Source: Ruminococcus sp. (GTDB taxonomy: Bacteria; Bacillota; Clostridia; Oscillospirales; Ruminococcaceae). Taken from it: a stretch of DNA of 60,263 bases. The translations under genes and the position numbers were made by a program. The notes beneath the pieces are model-generated. The model saw only the letters and a list, made by a program, of their open reading frames with translations, searched no databases and had not been told where the DNA came from. Below, piece after piece: positions 47,140-57,115 of the stretch. Numbering within the stretch: the stretch's first letter is position 1; every line of letters begins with the position of its first letter. The stretch lies in contig JAFXEJ010000102.1 of the NCBI GenBank assembly GCA_017513795.1, positions 1 through 60,263 of the forward strand, given 5' to 3'.

Positions 47140-50100
47140 TTAATCCTCATCGGAGGAGTCGTCGAGATCAAAGCTGCCGAAAAGATCATCTTCGTCATCG
47201 TCGCCGAGACCGAGATCATCCTCATCTTCGTCGTCGAATCTGAAATCATCGCCGTCGTCGAGCATACCGAAGTCATCATCGCCGCTGTCCTCGAATGAGA
47301 AGCCGCTGTCCTCGATGTCGCTGTCAGAATAATCGGATGTATCTCTTGTATCCTCATCAGCATAAGCGTCGTTGGACGGCATAGGATCTTCGTCATCGAA
47401 GTTCTGCTTGAGGTCGATTTCCTGCTGATTTTCGTCAAGTACACGAACATCAAGACCGAGAGACTGCATTTCCTTGATAAGAACCTTGAAGGATTCAGGG
47501 ATACCAGGAGTAGGAACATTCTGTCCCTTAACGATAGCCTCGTAGGTATTGACACGTCCGACAGTATCGTCTGACTTGACTGTAAGGATTTCCTGAAGTG
47601 TGTAGGCAGCGCCGTAAGCTTCAAGAGCCCAAACTTCCATTTCTCCGAAACGCTGACCGCCGAACTGAGCCTTACCGCCCAGAGGCTGCTGAGTAACGAG
47701 AGCATAAGGTCCGACTGAACGAGCATGGATCTTATCATCAACGAGGTGGTGGAGTTTGAGGTAATACATATATCCTACAGTAACCTTGTTATCGAACATT
47801 TCGCCGGTACGACCGTCGTAGAGCGGGAACTTACAGTCTTCGTTGAATTCAAGACCGTTGGGGTTGATGACCTTATCCATAGCGTTAAGCTCGAACATAT
47901 CATCACGGTGTTCCTTGCTCTTTTCGTTAGCCTTGCGGAAGCATGCTCTGATGTCATCCTCGTGTGCGCCGTCGAATACAGGAGTCATAATGTGCCAGCC
48001 GAGAGCCTTACACGCCATACCGAGATGAACTTCAAGTACCTGACCGATGTTCATACGGGAAGGAACGCCCAGAGGGTTAAGAACGATATCAAGCGGAGTT
48101 CCGTCGGGGAGGAAGGGCATATCTTCTTCAGGAAGGATTCTTGAAACGACACCCTTGTTTCCGTGACGGCCAGCCATCTTATCGCCGACAGTGATCTTTC
48201 TTTTCTGTGCGATATAGCAGATTACACGCATATTAACGCCTGCGCTCAGCTCATCGCAGTTTTCTCTTGTAAATACCTTTACATCAACGATAACACCGGA
48301 TTCGCCGTGAGGAACCTTGAGTGAGTTGTCACGGACTTCTCTTGCCTTTTCACCGAAGATAGCACGGAGAAGTCTTTCTTCAGCAGTAAGCTCAGTTTCG
48401 CCCTTAGGTGTTACCTTGCCGACGAGGATATCGCCGGAATTTACTTCAGAACCGATGCGGATGATACCGTTTTCGTCGAGGTTAGCGAGTGCATCATCAC
48501 CGACGTTGGGGATGTCACGGGTAATTTCCTCAGGACCGAGTTTTGTATCACGGCATTCGATTTCGTATTCTTCAATATGAACGGAAGTGAATACATCTTC
48601 ACGGACAAGACGCTCGTTAAGGAGAACAGCGTCCTCGTAGTTGTAGCCTTCCCATGTCATGAAGCCGATAAGTGCATTCTTACCGAGTGAGATTTCGCCG
48701 TCAGCCGTTGCGGGACCGTCAGCAAGAACCTGACCCTTTGTGATCTTTTCGCCCACCTTAACGATAGGACGCTGATTTACGCAGGTACCCTGGTTGGAAC
48801 GCTTGAACTTGATAAGTTCATATTTGTGTTCAATGCCTGTATCGTCGATAAGGCGGATGCAGTCAGCGTCAACGTAGGAGATAGTTCCGTCGTATTTTGA
48901 AACGACACAAACGCCTGAGTCAACAGCAGCTTTGTATTCCATACCTGTGCCGACGAAAGGACGCTCTGTTTTAAGAAGCGGAACAGCCTGACGCTGCATG
49001 TTTGATCCCATGAGCGCACGGTTAGCGTCGTCGTTTTCAAGGAACGGGATCATAGATGTAGCAACTGAAACTACCATCTTAGGTGAAACATCCATGTAGT
49101 CAACCAGTTCTCTGGGGCATTCAAGGATCTGTTCACGGTAACGTGCGTTTACACGAGGTCTTGCAAGCTTGCCTTCCTCAGTGAGAGGTTCGTTAGCCTG
49201 AGCAACAATGTAATTGTCCTCAGTATCAGCTGTCATGTAAACAACTTCGTTTGTAACTACGCCTGTAGCCTTGTCAACCTTTCTGTATGGAGCTTCAATG
49301 AAGCCGTACTCATTGATGCGGGCAAAAGTAGCCAGATAGGAGATAAGTCCGATGTTAGGACCTTCAGGAGTCTCGATAGGACACATTCTTCCGTAGTGGC
49401 TGTAGTGAACGTCTCGAACTTCGAATCCGGCACGATCTCTTGAAAGACCTCCGGGACCGAGTGCGGAAAGACGTCTTTTATGTGTAAGCTCAGCGAGAGG
49501 GTTGTTCTGATCCATGAACTGTGAAAGCGGTGAGGAGCAGAAGAATTCCTTCATTGCTGATGAAACTGGTCTGATATTGATAAGAGTCTGGGGAGTGAGT
49601 GTATTTACATCCTGAGTCTGGATGTTCATTCTCTCACGGATACCTCTTTCCATACGGGCATAACCGATACGGAACTGGTTCTGGAGAAGCTCGCCCACGC
49701 TGCGGATACGTCTGTTGCCGAGGTGGTCGATATCGTCTACAGTTCCGACGCCTTCGCAGAGGTTAAGGAAGTAGCTGATAGTTGCATAGATATCGTCAAG
49801 GATGATGTGCTTGGGAACGAGTTCGTCAGCACGCTTCTTGATATTTTCTTCGAGCTCGTCAGCGTCAGCGGAAGTTTCAAGGATTTCTCTGAGAACCTTG
49901 TATGATACCTTTTCGTTGATGCCGTACTTTGTTGCGTCGAAGTCGATATATCCGCCGATATCAACCATGCCGTTACCGATGATTTTGACTGTTTTTTCTA
50001 CCATTCTGATAGAAGTTTCGCCTCTTTCGTTAGTAACGTATTCCTTTGATTCAACATTTACAAAAGCATCGCAGACACCAGCCTGTTCGATTTCAAGAGC

Positions 50101-51048
50101 CTTGTCGTATGTGAGGATTTCGCCTTCTTCAGCCATGATCTCGCCTGTGTTGGGGTTGATGATAGGCTGAGCGATGACACGTCCTGCAAGACGTGAAGCG
50201 ATACCGAGCTTCTTGTTGTACTTATAGCGTCCGAAGCGGCAGAGATCGTATCTCTTTGCGTCGAAGAACAGATTGTTGAGGTGAGTGAGTGCGCTTTCTA
50301 CCGTAGGAGGCTCACCCGGACGGAGCTTCTTGTAAACGTCGATAAGAGCGTCAGAGTTGTTCTTTGTCTGATCCTTCTGGAGGATAGTCTGCTTGAGACG
50401 TTCATCCTCACCGAACATCTCGAAGATCTCCTCATCTGTACCTACGCCGAGTGAACGGATGAAGGTAGTAAGCGGAATCTTTCTGTTCTTGTCGATACGG
50501 ACATATATTACATCGTTGGAATCCATTTCATACTCCAGCCATGCACCTCTGTTAGGGATAACTGTAGCGTTGAAAAGATCCTTACCGGTTTTGTCTTTTT
50601 CAAAAGCGTAATAAACACCGGGAGAACGTACGAGCTGTGAAACGATAACACGCTCTGCACCGTTGATAACAAAGGTTCCGCTTTCTGTCATAAGCGGAAA
50701 ATCACCCATGTAGATCTCACTTTCACTTACTGCACCAGTTTCCTTGTTGCAGAGTGTAGCGGTAGCTCTCATGGCAACCTGATACGTTGCACCTCTTGAT
50801 TTACATTCAGCAAGGGTATACTTGGGTGTGTCGTCGAAGCGGTAGTCCTTGAAGTTAAGGACAAGATTTCCGTTGTAGTCGGTAATTGCGGTCATATCAC
50901 GGAAAACTTCACGCAGACCTTCTCCTCTGAACCATTCATAGGAGTTTTTCTGAACCTCAATGAGATTCGGCATTTCGAGAGGCTCGGTAATTTTTCCGAA
51001 GCTCATTCTGACATTTTTTCCCAACTGCTTAGGTGTGACATTCACCAT
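47140..51048 (-). CDS. rpoB: RNA polymerase beta subunit
   Basis: [39 protein letters not shown]; AAGGAGG RBS supports start 51048. Confidence 0.99.
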   Translation of the reverse strand: MVNVTPKQLGKNVRMSFGKITEPLEMPNLIEVQKNSYEWFRGEGLREVFRDMTAITDYNGNLVLNFKDYRFDDTPKYTLAECKSRGATYQVAMRATATLCNKETGAVSESEIYMGDFPLMTESGTFVINGAERVIVSQLVRSPGVYYAFEKDKTGKDLFNATVIPNRGAWLEYEMDSNDVIYVRIDKNRKIPLTTFIRSLGVGTDEEIFEMFGEDERLKQTILQKDQTKNNSDALIDVYKKLRPGEPPTVESALTHLNNLFFDAKRYDLCRFGRYKYNKKLGIASRLAGRVIAQPIINPNTGEIMAEEGEILTYDKALEIEQAGVCDAFVNVESKEYVTNERGETSIRMVEKTVKIIGNGMVDIGGYIDFDATKYGINEKVSYKVLREILETSADADELEENIKKRADELVPKHIILDDIYATISYFLNLCEGVGTVDDIDHLGNRRIRSVGELLQNQFRIGYARMERGIRERMNIQTQDVNTLTPQTLINIRPVSSAMKEFFCSSPLSQFMDQNNPLAELTHKRRLSALGPGGLSRDRAGFEVRDVHYSHYGRMCPIETPEGPNIGLISYLATFARINEYGFIEAPYRKVDKATGVVTNEVVYMTADTEDNYIVAQANEPLTEEGKLARPRVNARYREQILECPRELVDYMDVSPKMVVSVATSMIPFLENDDANRALMGSNMQRQAVPLLKTERPFVGTGMEYKAAVDSGVCVVSKYDGTISYVDADCIRLIDDTGIEHKYELIKFKRSNQGTCVNQRPIVKVGEKITKGQVLADGPATADGEISLGKNALIGFMTWEGYNYEDAVLLNERLVREDVFTSVHIEEYEIECRDTKLGPEEITRDIPNVGDDALANLDENGIIRIGSEVNSGDILVGKVTPKGETELTAEERLLRAIFGEKAREVRDNSLKVPHGESGVIVDVKVFTRENCDELSAGVNMRVICYIAQKRKITVGDKMAGRHGNKGVVSRILPEEDMPFLPDGTPLDIVLNPLGVPSRMNIGQVLEVHLGMACKALGWHIMTPVFDGAHEDDIRACFRKANEKSKEHRDDMFELNAMDKVINPNGLEFNEDCKFPLYDGRTGEMFDNKVTVGYMYYLKLHHLVDDKIHARSVGPYALVTQQPLGGKAQFGGQRFGEMEVWALEAYGAAYTLQEILTVKSDDTVGRVNTYEAIVKGQNVPTPGIPESFKVLIKEMQSLGLDVRVLDENQQEIDLKQNFDDEDPMPSNDAYADEDTRDTSDYSDSDIEDSGFSFEDSGDDDFGMLDDGDDFRFDDEDEDDLGLGDDDEDDLFGSFDLDDSSDED

Positions 51049-51142
51049 AGGCGGAACCTCCTTATATTTTGTCTGTCCAGTCTCCGGCGTGGAGTCGGGA
51101 CGGATTTTGTGCTGTTTGTCATGAAAAAATCTCATAAAGCTA

Positions 51143-51171
51143 TTGACAAAAGCTTTTCTGTATGATATAAT
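51143..51171 (+). promoter_or_regulatory. Consensus promoter inside the rpoB leader, pointing away from rpoB
   Basis: TTGACA-17-TATAAT with TG extension. Confidence 0.8.
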
Positions 51172-51216
51172 ATCTTAACAGAATAGAGATACTTTTCCAT
51201 ACTGATACATTATATT

Positions 51217-51245
51217 ATTATAATACAAATAATCTGATGTGTCAA
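51217..51245 (-). promoter_or_regulatory. Consensus promoter of rpoBC
   Basis: TTGACA(51245-51240)-17-TATAAT(51222-51217). Confidence 0.8.
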
Positions 51246-51345
51246 TAGGGTTTGGAAACATTTATCAAAACTGCCGGATTTCTAACTTTTGTCCGGCGTT
51301 TTTTTGTAAATATTCATATCCGGTAAAAATACCGGAAATAATCTG

Positions 51346-51373
51346 GCAGTACAGACATCTGTATTGCTTTTTT
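51346..51373 (+). terminator. Terminator-like hairpin immediately upstream of the ABC-F start
   Basis: GCAGTACAG-ACAT-CTGTATTGC-TTTTTT. Confidence 0.65.
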
Positions 51374-51386
51374 AAGGAAGATTTTT

Positions 51387-53312
51387 ATGCTTGCAAGTCT
51401 TATAAACGTAAATAAATTTTATAACGGAAATCAGCTTCTTAATAATGTATCCCTGACTATCGACGAGACCGACAAGATAGGTCTTGTGGGAAACAACGGC
51501 TGCGGAAAAACTACTCTGCTGAAAATACTTACCGGTTCGGTTGAGCCTGACCGCTTTACTGAAAAGGACGGAATTGTTTCCCTTGCCTCAAAGACTACAG
51601 TCGGATATCTCGAGCAGATGAACGGTCTTGATTCCGAAAAAACTGTCATCGAGGAAATGAGAAGTGTTTTCAGACCGATTCTCGACGCTATAGACAGGCT
51701 TCGTGAAATTGAGCTTGAAATCGAGCTTGGCGATAATTCCTCCGCTGATGAGTATCAGCAGCTTTCATCGTGGATAGAGGCAAACGACGGCTACAATACT
51801 GATGTGAAGATACGCATGATTCTTAATGGTATGGGATTCTCGGAAAACGACCTCAATCGTGTATGTTCCGGATTCAGCGGCGGCGAAAAAACACGTCTTA
51901 GCATATCGAAGCTTCTCCTTGAAGAACCTAATCTTCTCGTTCTTGACGAACCAACCAACCATCTTGACTTTAAGACTATAATGTGGCTGGAGGATTATCT
52001 GCGTTCATACAGAGGAGCTATACTTATAGTATCGCATGACCGCTATTTCCTTGACAGACTGTGTACCTCAATCTGCGAGATAGAAAGAGGAATACTGACG
52101 AGATACAGAGGAAATTACTCTGCATTTGTGCGCCAGAAAAGCGAAAACGATGCCCGACGTGAAAAGGAATACGAGATGCAGCAGAAGGAAATTGCTCAGC
52201 TGGAGGACTATGTTGCACGAAATCTTGTGAGGGCATCCACAACAAAAATGGCGCAGAGCCGCCGAAAAAAGCTTGAAAAAATCGAAAGGATAGAAAAGCC
52301 TTTCCATGATACAAAATCAGCGAAAATAAGCTTTACATACGCCGTAGAACCGCCTATAGACGTGCTTAAAGTCAAGGATATTGATATTTCTGTCGGCGAG
52401 GGAAGCGAAAGAAAAACTCTTGTTGAGAATATGAGCTTTGAAGTCCGCAGAGGTGAAAAAATCGGCGTTATCGGCGATAACGGCATAGGAAAATCCACGC
52501 TTCTCAGGATAATTCAGGAACAGCTTCCGCATAAGGGCGTTGTTCGCTGGAACAGCAATATCAAGATCTCCTACTTTGAACAGGAAAGCACAAATCTTAA
52601 CCGTGAGCTTACCGTTATGGAGGAGCTTCATAGCCGATATCCCTCGATGTCTGAGCTGGAGGTCAGAGGACTTCTTGCACAGGTTCGGCTTGTGGGCGAA
52701 AATGTTTTCAAGGAGACAGGAGTTATCAGCGGCGGAGAACGTGCAAAACTCTGCTTCGCCATAATGATGCAGGAGCACGGAAATGTGCTTATCCTTGACG
52801 AACCTACCAACCATCTTGATCTTTCGTCGAAAGAGGCTATAGAGGACGCTCTTTCTGAATATACGGGAACGGTTATTTTCGTATCGCATGACCGGTATCT
52901 CCTCAGCAAGATTGCTGACAGACTTATTGAGCTTACTGACGGGGAATGCCGTCTGCATAATTATAACTTTGATAAATATATCGAGGTTCTCCGTGAGGAG
53001 CAGGCAGAGCAGAAACGTATAGCAGATGCGGAGAAATTCGCAAAGGCGGCGGAAGCTGCAAAGGAAAAATCCACAAAGGTTTACCGCAGTAAACAGCAGC
53101 GCAGCGCAGATGCCGCACGAAAGAACGAAATGAGAGCACTCGAAAAGGAAATCGACGAGCTACAGGCAAAAATCGACGCTCTTACAGAGGAAATCAGCCG
53201 TGAGGATGTCTATAGCGACTATGAACTGATGAACTCGAAATGCTCTGAAATTGAAGCTCTGAAACAGAAAATCGACGAAAACTTTGAACGCCTGATTGAA
53301 CTTGATGAGTAA
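51387..53312 (+). CDS. ABC-F family ATPase (Uup/YdiF-like translation factor)
   Basis: Two ABC domains (GNNGCGKT, SGGEK, DEPTNHLD x2), no TM, C-terminal coiled coil. Confidence 0.93.
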   Translation: MLASLINVNKFYNGNQLLNNVSLTIDETDKIGLVGNNGCGKTTLLKILTGSVEPDRFTEKDGIVSLASKTTVGYLEQMNGLDSEKTVIEEMRSVFRPILDAIDRLREIELEIELGDNSSADEYQQLSSWIEANDGYNTDVKIRMILNGMGFSENDLNRVCSGFSGGEKTRLSISKLLLEEPNLLVLDEPTNHLDFKTIMWLEDYLRSYRGAILIVSHDRYFLDRLCTSICEIERGILTRYRGNYSAFVRQKSENDARREKEYEMQQKEIAQLEDYVARNLVRASTTKMAQSRRKKLEKIERIEKPFHDTKSAKISFTYAVEPPIDVLKVKDIDISVGEGSERKTLVENMSFEVRRGEKIGVIGDNGIGKSTLLRIIQEQLPHKGVVRWNSNIKISYFEQESTNLNRELTVMEELHSRYPSMSELEVRGLLAQVRLVGENVFKETGVISGGERAKLCFAIMMQEHGNVLILDEPTNHLDLSSKEAIEDALSEYTGTVIFVSHDRYLLSKIADRLIELTDGECRLHNYNFDKYIEVLREEQAEQKRIADAEKFAKAAEAAKEKSTKVYRSKQQRSADAARKNEMRALEKEIDELQAKIDALTEEISREDVYSDYELMNSKCSEIEALKQKIDENFERLIELDE

Positions 53313-53686
53313 AATCACTTTGATAATAGTGTTGTTTTATTGAATCTTTATACTTAGTTATTGAGGAAAACCCTTTTGAAAAAGGGTTCTCCCAACGGGA
53401 GCCTGTCCCCTCTGGCAGCTATGCTGTCATCTCCCCACTCAGTGGGGAGTAATCCTCAAACTCCTTTCCTAAAACTTTCAGTATTAAATTTCCGCCTGAC
53501 ATATCACACTAATCAAGTAAATAAGAAATCTTGATTATATTTTCTGAGTGAGATATGTCAGGCGGAAATTTTAGTATTAAAAGTCTTTGGAAGGGGGTTC
53601 GGGGGAGAACCTTTCCTCAGAAAGGTTTCCCCCGATAAATAAATACGAAGATACCATAAGAGCAACAATATTATTAAAGAGGATTT
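53312..53686 (-). repeat. Large palindromic repeat, copy 2 (core 53358-53638) with a 62-bp insertion at 53391-53452
   Basis: Reverse complement of copies 1 and 3; central IR 53486-53510/53547-53571 (24/25). Confidence 0.9.
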
Positions 53687-53756
53687 GGTCATTAGGTCAA
53701 ATTTATCAGCTTCAAAATAACTGGTTTGTCGAAAATAACGAAAAAACAAAAAGCTA

Positions 53757-53785
53757 TTGAAAAATGTGATATATTGTGATATAAT
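53757..53785 (+). promoter_or_regulatory. sigmaA-type promoter of SCIFF locus
   Basis: TTGAAA-17-TATAAT with TG extension. Confidence 0.7.
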
Positions 53786-53849
53786 GGTGATAAAGATATA
53801 GCGGTGCTGTGCTGATAGCATCGTAATTGGAAAACAGGAGGTTTTTAAA

Positions 53850-53987
53850 ATGAAACACATCAAGACTATCAATAAGGCTAATCTCAAGGAATCCGCTAAG
53901 AAGGGCGGCTGCGGCAAGTGCCAGGCTTCATGCCAGTCTGCATGTAAGACATCTTGCACAGTAGCTAACCAGAAGTGCGAGAGATAA
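53850..53987 (+). CDS. scfA: SCIFF ranthipeptide precursor, 45 aa (absent from ORF track)
   Basis: MKHIKTINKANLKESAKKGGCGKCQASCQSACKTSCTVANQKCER*; six Cys; AGGAGG RBS. Confidence 0.96.
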   Translation: MKHIKTINKANLKESAKKGGCGKCQASCQSACKTSCTVANQKCER

Positions 53988-54031
53988 TTGTAGCAGCGAA
54001 ATTATGCTGACTATATTATAAGTATGCTATT

Positions 54032-54059
54032 GAGGCAGTTTTTACTGCCTCTATTTTTC
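54032..54059 (+). terminator. Hairpin plus T tract between scfA and scfB
   Basis: GAGGCAGT-TTTT-ACTGCCTC then TATTTTT. Confidence 0.6.
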
Positions 54060-54084
54060 TACTTTTTAGGATGGTGCGTTAAAT

Positions 54085-55458
54085 ATGATACATAAATACA
54101 AGCTTAACGGATTTAATATTGTTCTTGACGTAAACAGCGGCGGCGTTCATATTGTGGACGAGCTTACATATGATCTTCTTGACAATATCGAACCGCCATT
54201 TGATGAAAAATGCAGTGAAAAGGTTATCGAAAAGCTTTCAAGACACTACACAAGAGAGGATATAGAATCCTGCTATCAGGAAATCGTTGAGCTTTACAAC
54301 GAAAAGATTCTTTTCTCCGATGACGATTACGAGAAATATGCAAAGTATTCCGTAGCTTCTCCGGTAAAGGCAATGTGTCTGAATATCGCTCACGACTGCA
54401 ATCTCCGCTGTAAGTATTGCTTTGCGTCTACCGGAGATTTCGGCAAGGGACGCAAGCTGATGTCACTTGAAACAGGTAAGCATGCTATTGATTTTCTCCT
54501 TGAAAATTCCGGCGACAGACCTAACCTTGAACTTGATTTCTTCGGCGGCGAACCGCTTATGAATTTCGATGTAGTCAAGCAGATCGTAAATTACGCAAGA
54601 AGCCGTGAGGGTGAATACAATAAGAAGTTCCGCTTCACTATTACTACAAATGGACTTCTCCTTGATGACGACAAGATCGACTTCATCAACAAGGAAATGT
54701 CAAACGTTGTTCTTTCTATCGACGGAAGAAAGGAAGTCAATGACTACTTCAGAGTCCGTGTTGACGGTACTGGAAGCTACGATAAAATTATGCCTATGTA
54801 CAAGAAGCTTGTTGCCGGCAGAGGCGATAAGGAATACTATGTAAGAGGTACTTTCACAAAGAAGAATCTCGACTTCTCAGAGGACGTTTTTGCCCTTTAT
54901 AACGAGGGATTTGACCAGATTTCCGTTGAACCCGTAGTAGGCGATTCAGATGAATTTGCACTCACAGAAAAAGAACTTCCGGCAGTTTTCAAGGAGTATG
55001 AAGTTCTTGCACAGAGAATCCTTGACAATGAGAAAAAGGGCGGAAAGTTCAACTTCTTCCACTTTATGATAGACCTCGATCAGGGACCTTGCGCTATCAA
55101 GAGACTGAGAGGATGCGGCTGCGGTAACGATTATGTCGCAATTACTCCCGACGGTGATATTTTCCCGTGTCATCAGTTTGTTGGTATTGATGAGTATAAA
55201 ATGGGTAATATCGACGAGGGAACTTTCAATCAGGAAATGAAAGCAGATTTCGCTGCGGCTCATGTGTATTCAAAACCTGAATGCCAGAAATGCTGGGCTA
55301 AATTCTACTGCAGCGGCGGCTGTAACGCTAATAATTACCAGTATATGGGCGATATTCGCTCTGCTCATAAGCTTTCATGCCAGCTTGAAAAGAAACGCCT
55401 TGAATGCGCTATCATGATGAAGGCAATCAGACTTTTCGGTGAACAGGACGCAGAATAA
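54085..55458 (+). CDS. scfB: SCIFF radical SAM/SPASM thioether maturase
   Basis: CNLRCKYC, FFGGEP, YYVRGT, GCG.G..Y..ITP.G.I.PCHQF, C..C.....C.GGC. Confidence 0.95.
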   Translation: MIHKYKLNGFNIVLDVNSGGVHIVDELTYDLLDNIEPPFDEKCSEKVIEKLSRHYTREDIESCYQEIVELYNEKILFSDDDYEKYAKYSVASPVKAMCLNIAHDCNLRCKYCFASTGDFGKGRKLMSLETGKHAIDFLLENSGDRPNLELDFFGGEPLMNFDVVKQIVNYARSREGEYNKKFRFTITTNGLLLDDDKIDFINKEMSNVVLSIDGRKEVNDYFRVRVDGTGSYDKIMPMYKKLVAGRGDKEYYVRGTFTKKNLDFSEDVFALYNEGFDQISVEPVVGDSDEFALTEKELPAVFKEYEVLAQRILDNEKKGGKFNFFHFMIDLDQGPCAIKRLRGCGCGNDYVAITPDGDIFPCHQFVGIDEYKMGNIDEGTFNQEMKADFAAAHVYSKPECQKCWAKFYCSGGCNANNYQYMGDIRSAHKLSCQLEKKRLECAIMMKAIRLFGEQDAE

Positions 55459-55459
55459 T

Positions 55460-55770
55460 TATGCTTCCGTTATAACAGCGGTATTTTTTAGAATATTTAT
55501 ACATATTATCGGGGGAAACCTTTCTGAGGAAAGGTTGTCCCCCGAACCCCCTTCCAAAGACTTTTAACATTAAAATTTCCGCCTGATAGGGCTCACAGAG
55601 AGAAAAAAATCAAGTTTCTCATTTGTTTGTTGTGTGAGCCCTATCAGGCGGAAATTTAATACTGAAAGTTTTAGGAAAGGAGTTTGAGGAAGAACCCTTT
55701 TTCAAAAGGGTTTTCCTCAATAATGCGCATGAAGATTCTAAAAAGACATCACTGATATAATGGGAGCATA
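55460..55770 (+). repeat. Large palindromic repeat, copy 3 (core 55506-55723)
   Basis: Core nearly identical to copy 1; perfect 25-bp central IR 55573-55597/55633-55657. Confidence 0.9.
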
Positions 55771-55864
55771 TTTATTTTCAGCATACTGCAATAAAAGAGC
55801 AAACCTCGCATATAATCTAAAGAAGCCGAAAAGGCTGCAAAAAGATTATAAGGGAGGTAGGTAA

Positions 55865-56134
55865 ATGAAATCCCGGCAGGATCAGAGAGCAGTAATTCTC
55901 GGAAAATACATACTCGAAAACAAAACAACAGTCCGTGCCGCAGCGAAAAAATTCGGAATTTCAAAAAGTACAGTACACAAGGATGTAAGCGAGCGGCTTA
56001 AAAAAGAAGATCCGGAGCTTTACAGTCAGGTCAAGGACATCCTTGAGATCAACAAGCTTGAGCGTCACATCAGAGGCGGTCTTGCCACGAAGCGTAAATA
56101 CGAAGGGATCGCAGAGCAGAAGAAAAAACGATAG
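55865..56134 (+). CDS. spoIIID: Sporulation transcriptional regulator SpoIIID
   Basis: TVRAAAKKFGISKSTVHKDV.ERL, RHIRGG.AT; sigmaE-like CATATAAT at 55809. Confidence 0.96.
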   Translation: MKSRQDQRAVILGKYILENKTTVRAAAKKFGISKSTVHKDVSERLKKEDPELYSQVKDILEINKLERHIRGGLATKRKYEGIAEQKKKR

Positions 56135-56265
56135 TATTCCGGAAAGAGGCAGTATCGCACAAAATCAGTGCGGTATTGCCTTGAATAATTACAGTATATC
56201 AGTCAATAATATTTTTGTGCAGAGATGCGCAGAATTCAATATATCTGTTAAAAGGAGAGAATCTC

Positions 56266-56448
56266 ATGGAAAACAAGAAGAAAAATGACAACATCAGATG
56301 TACAGTAACTCAGTGTCAGCACAACTGTGTGACAGAGAATTACTGCTCACTTAACAGCATTTCCGTAGGTACACACGAGGCTAACCCTACAGTTCCGGAG
56401 TGTACAGACTGCAATTCATTTGTAAAGAGAACCGGCTGCTGCTCCTAA
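56266..56448 (+). CDS. Small Cys-rich DUF1540 protein
   Basis: I.C.V..C.HN....C....I.V......T.C.SF; AAGGAG RBS. Confidence 0.8.
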   Translation: MENKKKNDNIRCTVTQCQHNCVTENYCSLNSISVGTHEANPTVPECTDCNSFVKRTGCCS

Positions 56449-56603
56449 GTATCCAGCGGCTGCACCGTTTCACGCTGAACTTTCTGCGAGGCTGAAAGTA
56501 AGTCCTCAAATGTCCTGTGATAATCACGGGACATACATATTATATAAATTTAATCAATTCACATTTTAAATACAGGAACATTGAAAAAAATCGGTGTTTT
56601 CTA

Positions 56604-56632
56604 TTGCAAAATATCTTTTTTTATAGTATAAT
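56604..56632 (+). promoter_or_regulatory. sigmaA-type promoter of ireB
   Basis: TTGCAA-17-TATAAT. Confidence 0.7.
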
Positions 56633-56691
56633 TATTTTATGAGAAAATATTTATTATCACTCGTATTCTATAATCAGGAGGCTGATAAATA

Positions 56692-56937
56692 ATGTTTGAT
56701 AAAACTATGACTTTCAGTGTCAATGAAGACAAGGAAGCTGAACTTAAAAGAAATCTTACTATCGTTTACGACGCTCTTACGCAGAAGGGCTATAATCCGA
56801 TCAATCAGATAGTAGGCTATATCCTTTCTGAGGATCCGACCTACATAACTACTTATAACAATGCAAGAAACCTCATCCGCCACATTGATCGTGACGAGCT
56901 TTTACAGGTTCTTGTAAGATCGTACCTTAATACCTGA
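56692..56937 (+). CDS. ireB: IreB/ReoM family regulatory phosphoprotein (UPF0297)
   Basis: D.TM.F, AL..KGYNPINQIVGYILS.DP.YI, AR.LI...DRDEL. Confidence 0.92.
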   Translation: MFDKTMTFSVNEDKEAELKRNLTIVYDALTQKGYNPINQIVGYILSEDPTYITTYNNARNLIRHIDRDELLQVLVRSYLNT

Positions 56938-56987
56938 TCAGTAACCGCTCGGTCAGGCTTCAATCTTCCGCACAGGGGAGTATAACG

Positions 56988-57022
56988 AAAAAACGGCAGC
57001 AGGACAATGCAGCCGTTTTTTT
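56988..57022 (+). terminator. Terminator after ireB
   Basis: AAAAAACGGC...GCCGTTTTTTT. Confidence 0.65.
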
Positions 57023-57115
57023 GATGCCAGAATTTTACATTCATATTATTCTTACTGAAAGCCATAATAGATTTGCGGAGATGATCCGCACAATGAAAAA
57101 AGGAATTGTGAAACT

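Noticed and set aside
43290-51048. rpoBC not flanked by rplJL or rpsL
   Set aside because: Detached rpoBC is, to my knowledge, common in this clostridial group
51049-51135. Longer RpoB N-terminus from the ORF track
   Set aside because: AAGGAGG RBS precedes ATG 51048; extension lacks RpoB-like sequence
53558-53959. 133-aa minus-strand ORF (and 23824-24138 +)
   Set aside because: Antisense to scfA or metG and runs through repeat DNA
56692-56937. ireB outside the usual alaS-ireB-ruvX context
   Set aside because: Has its own promoter and terminator; a simple rearrangement
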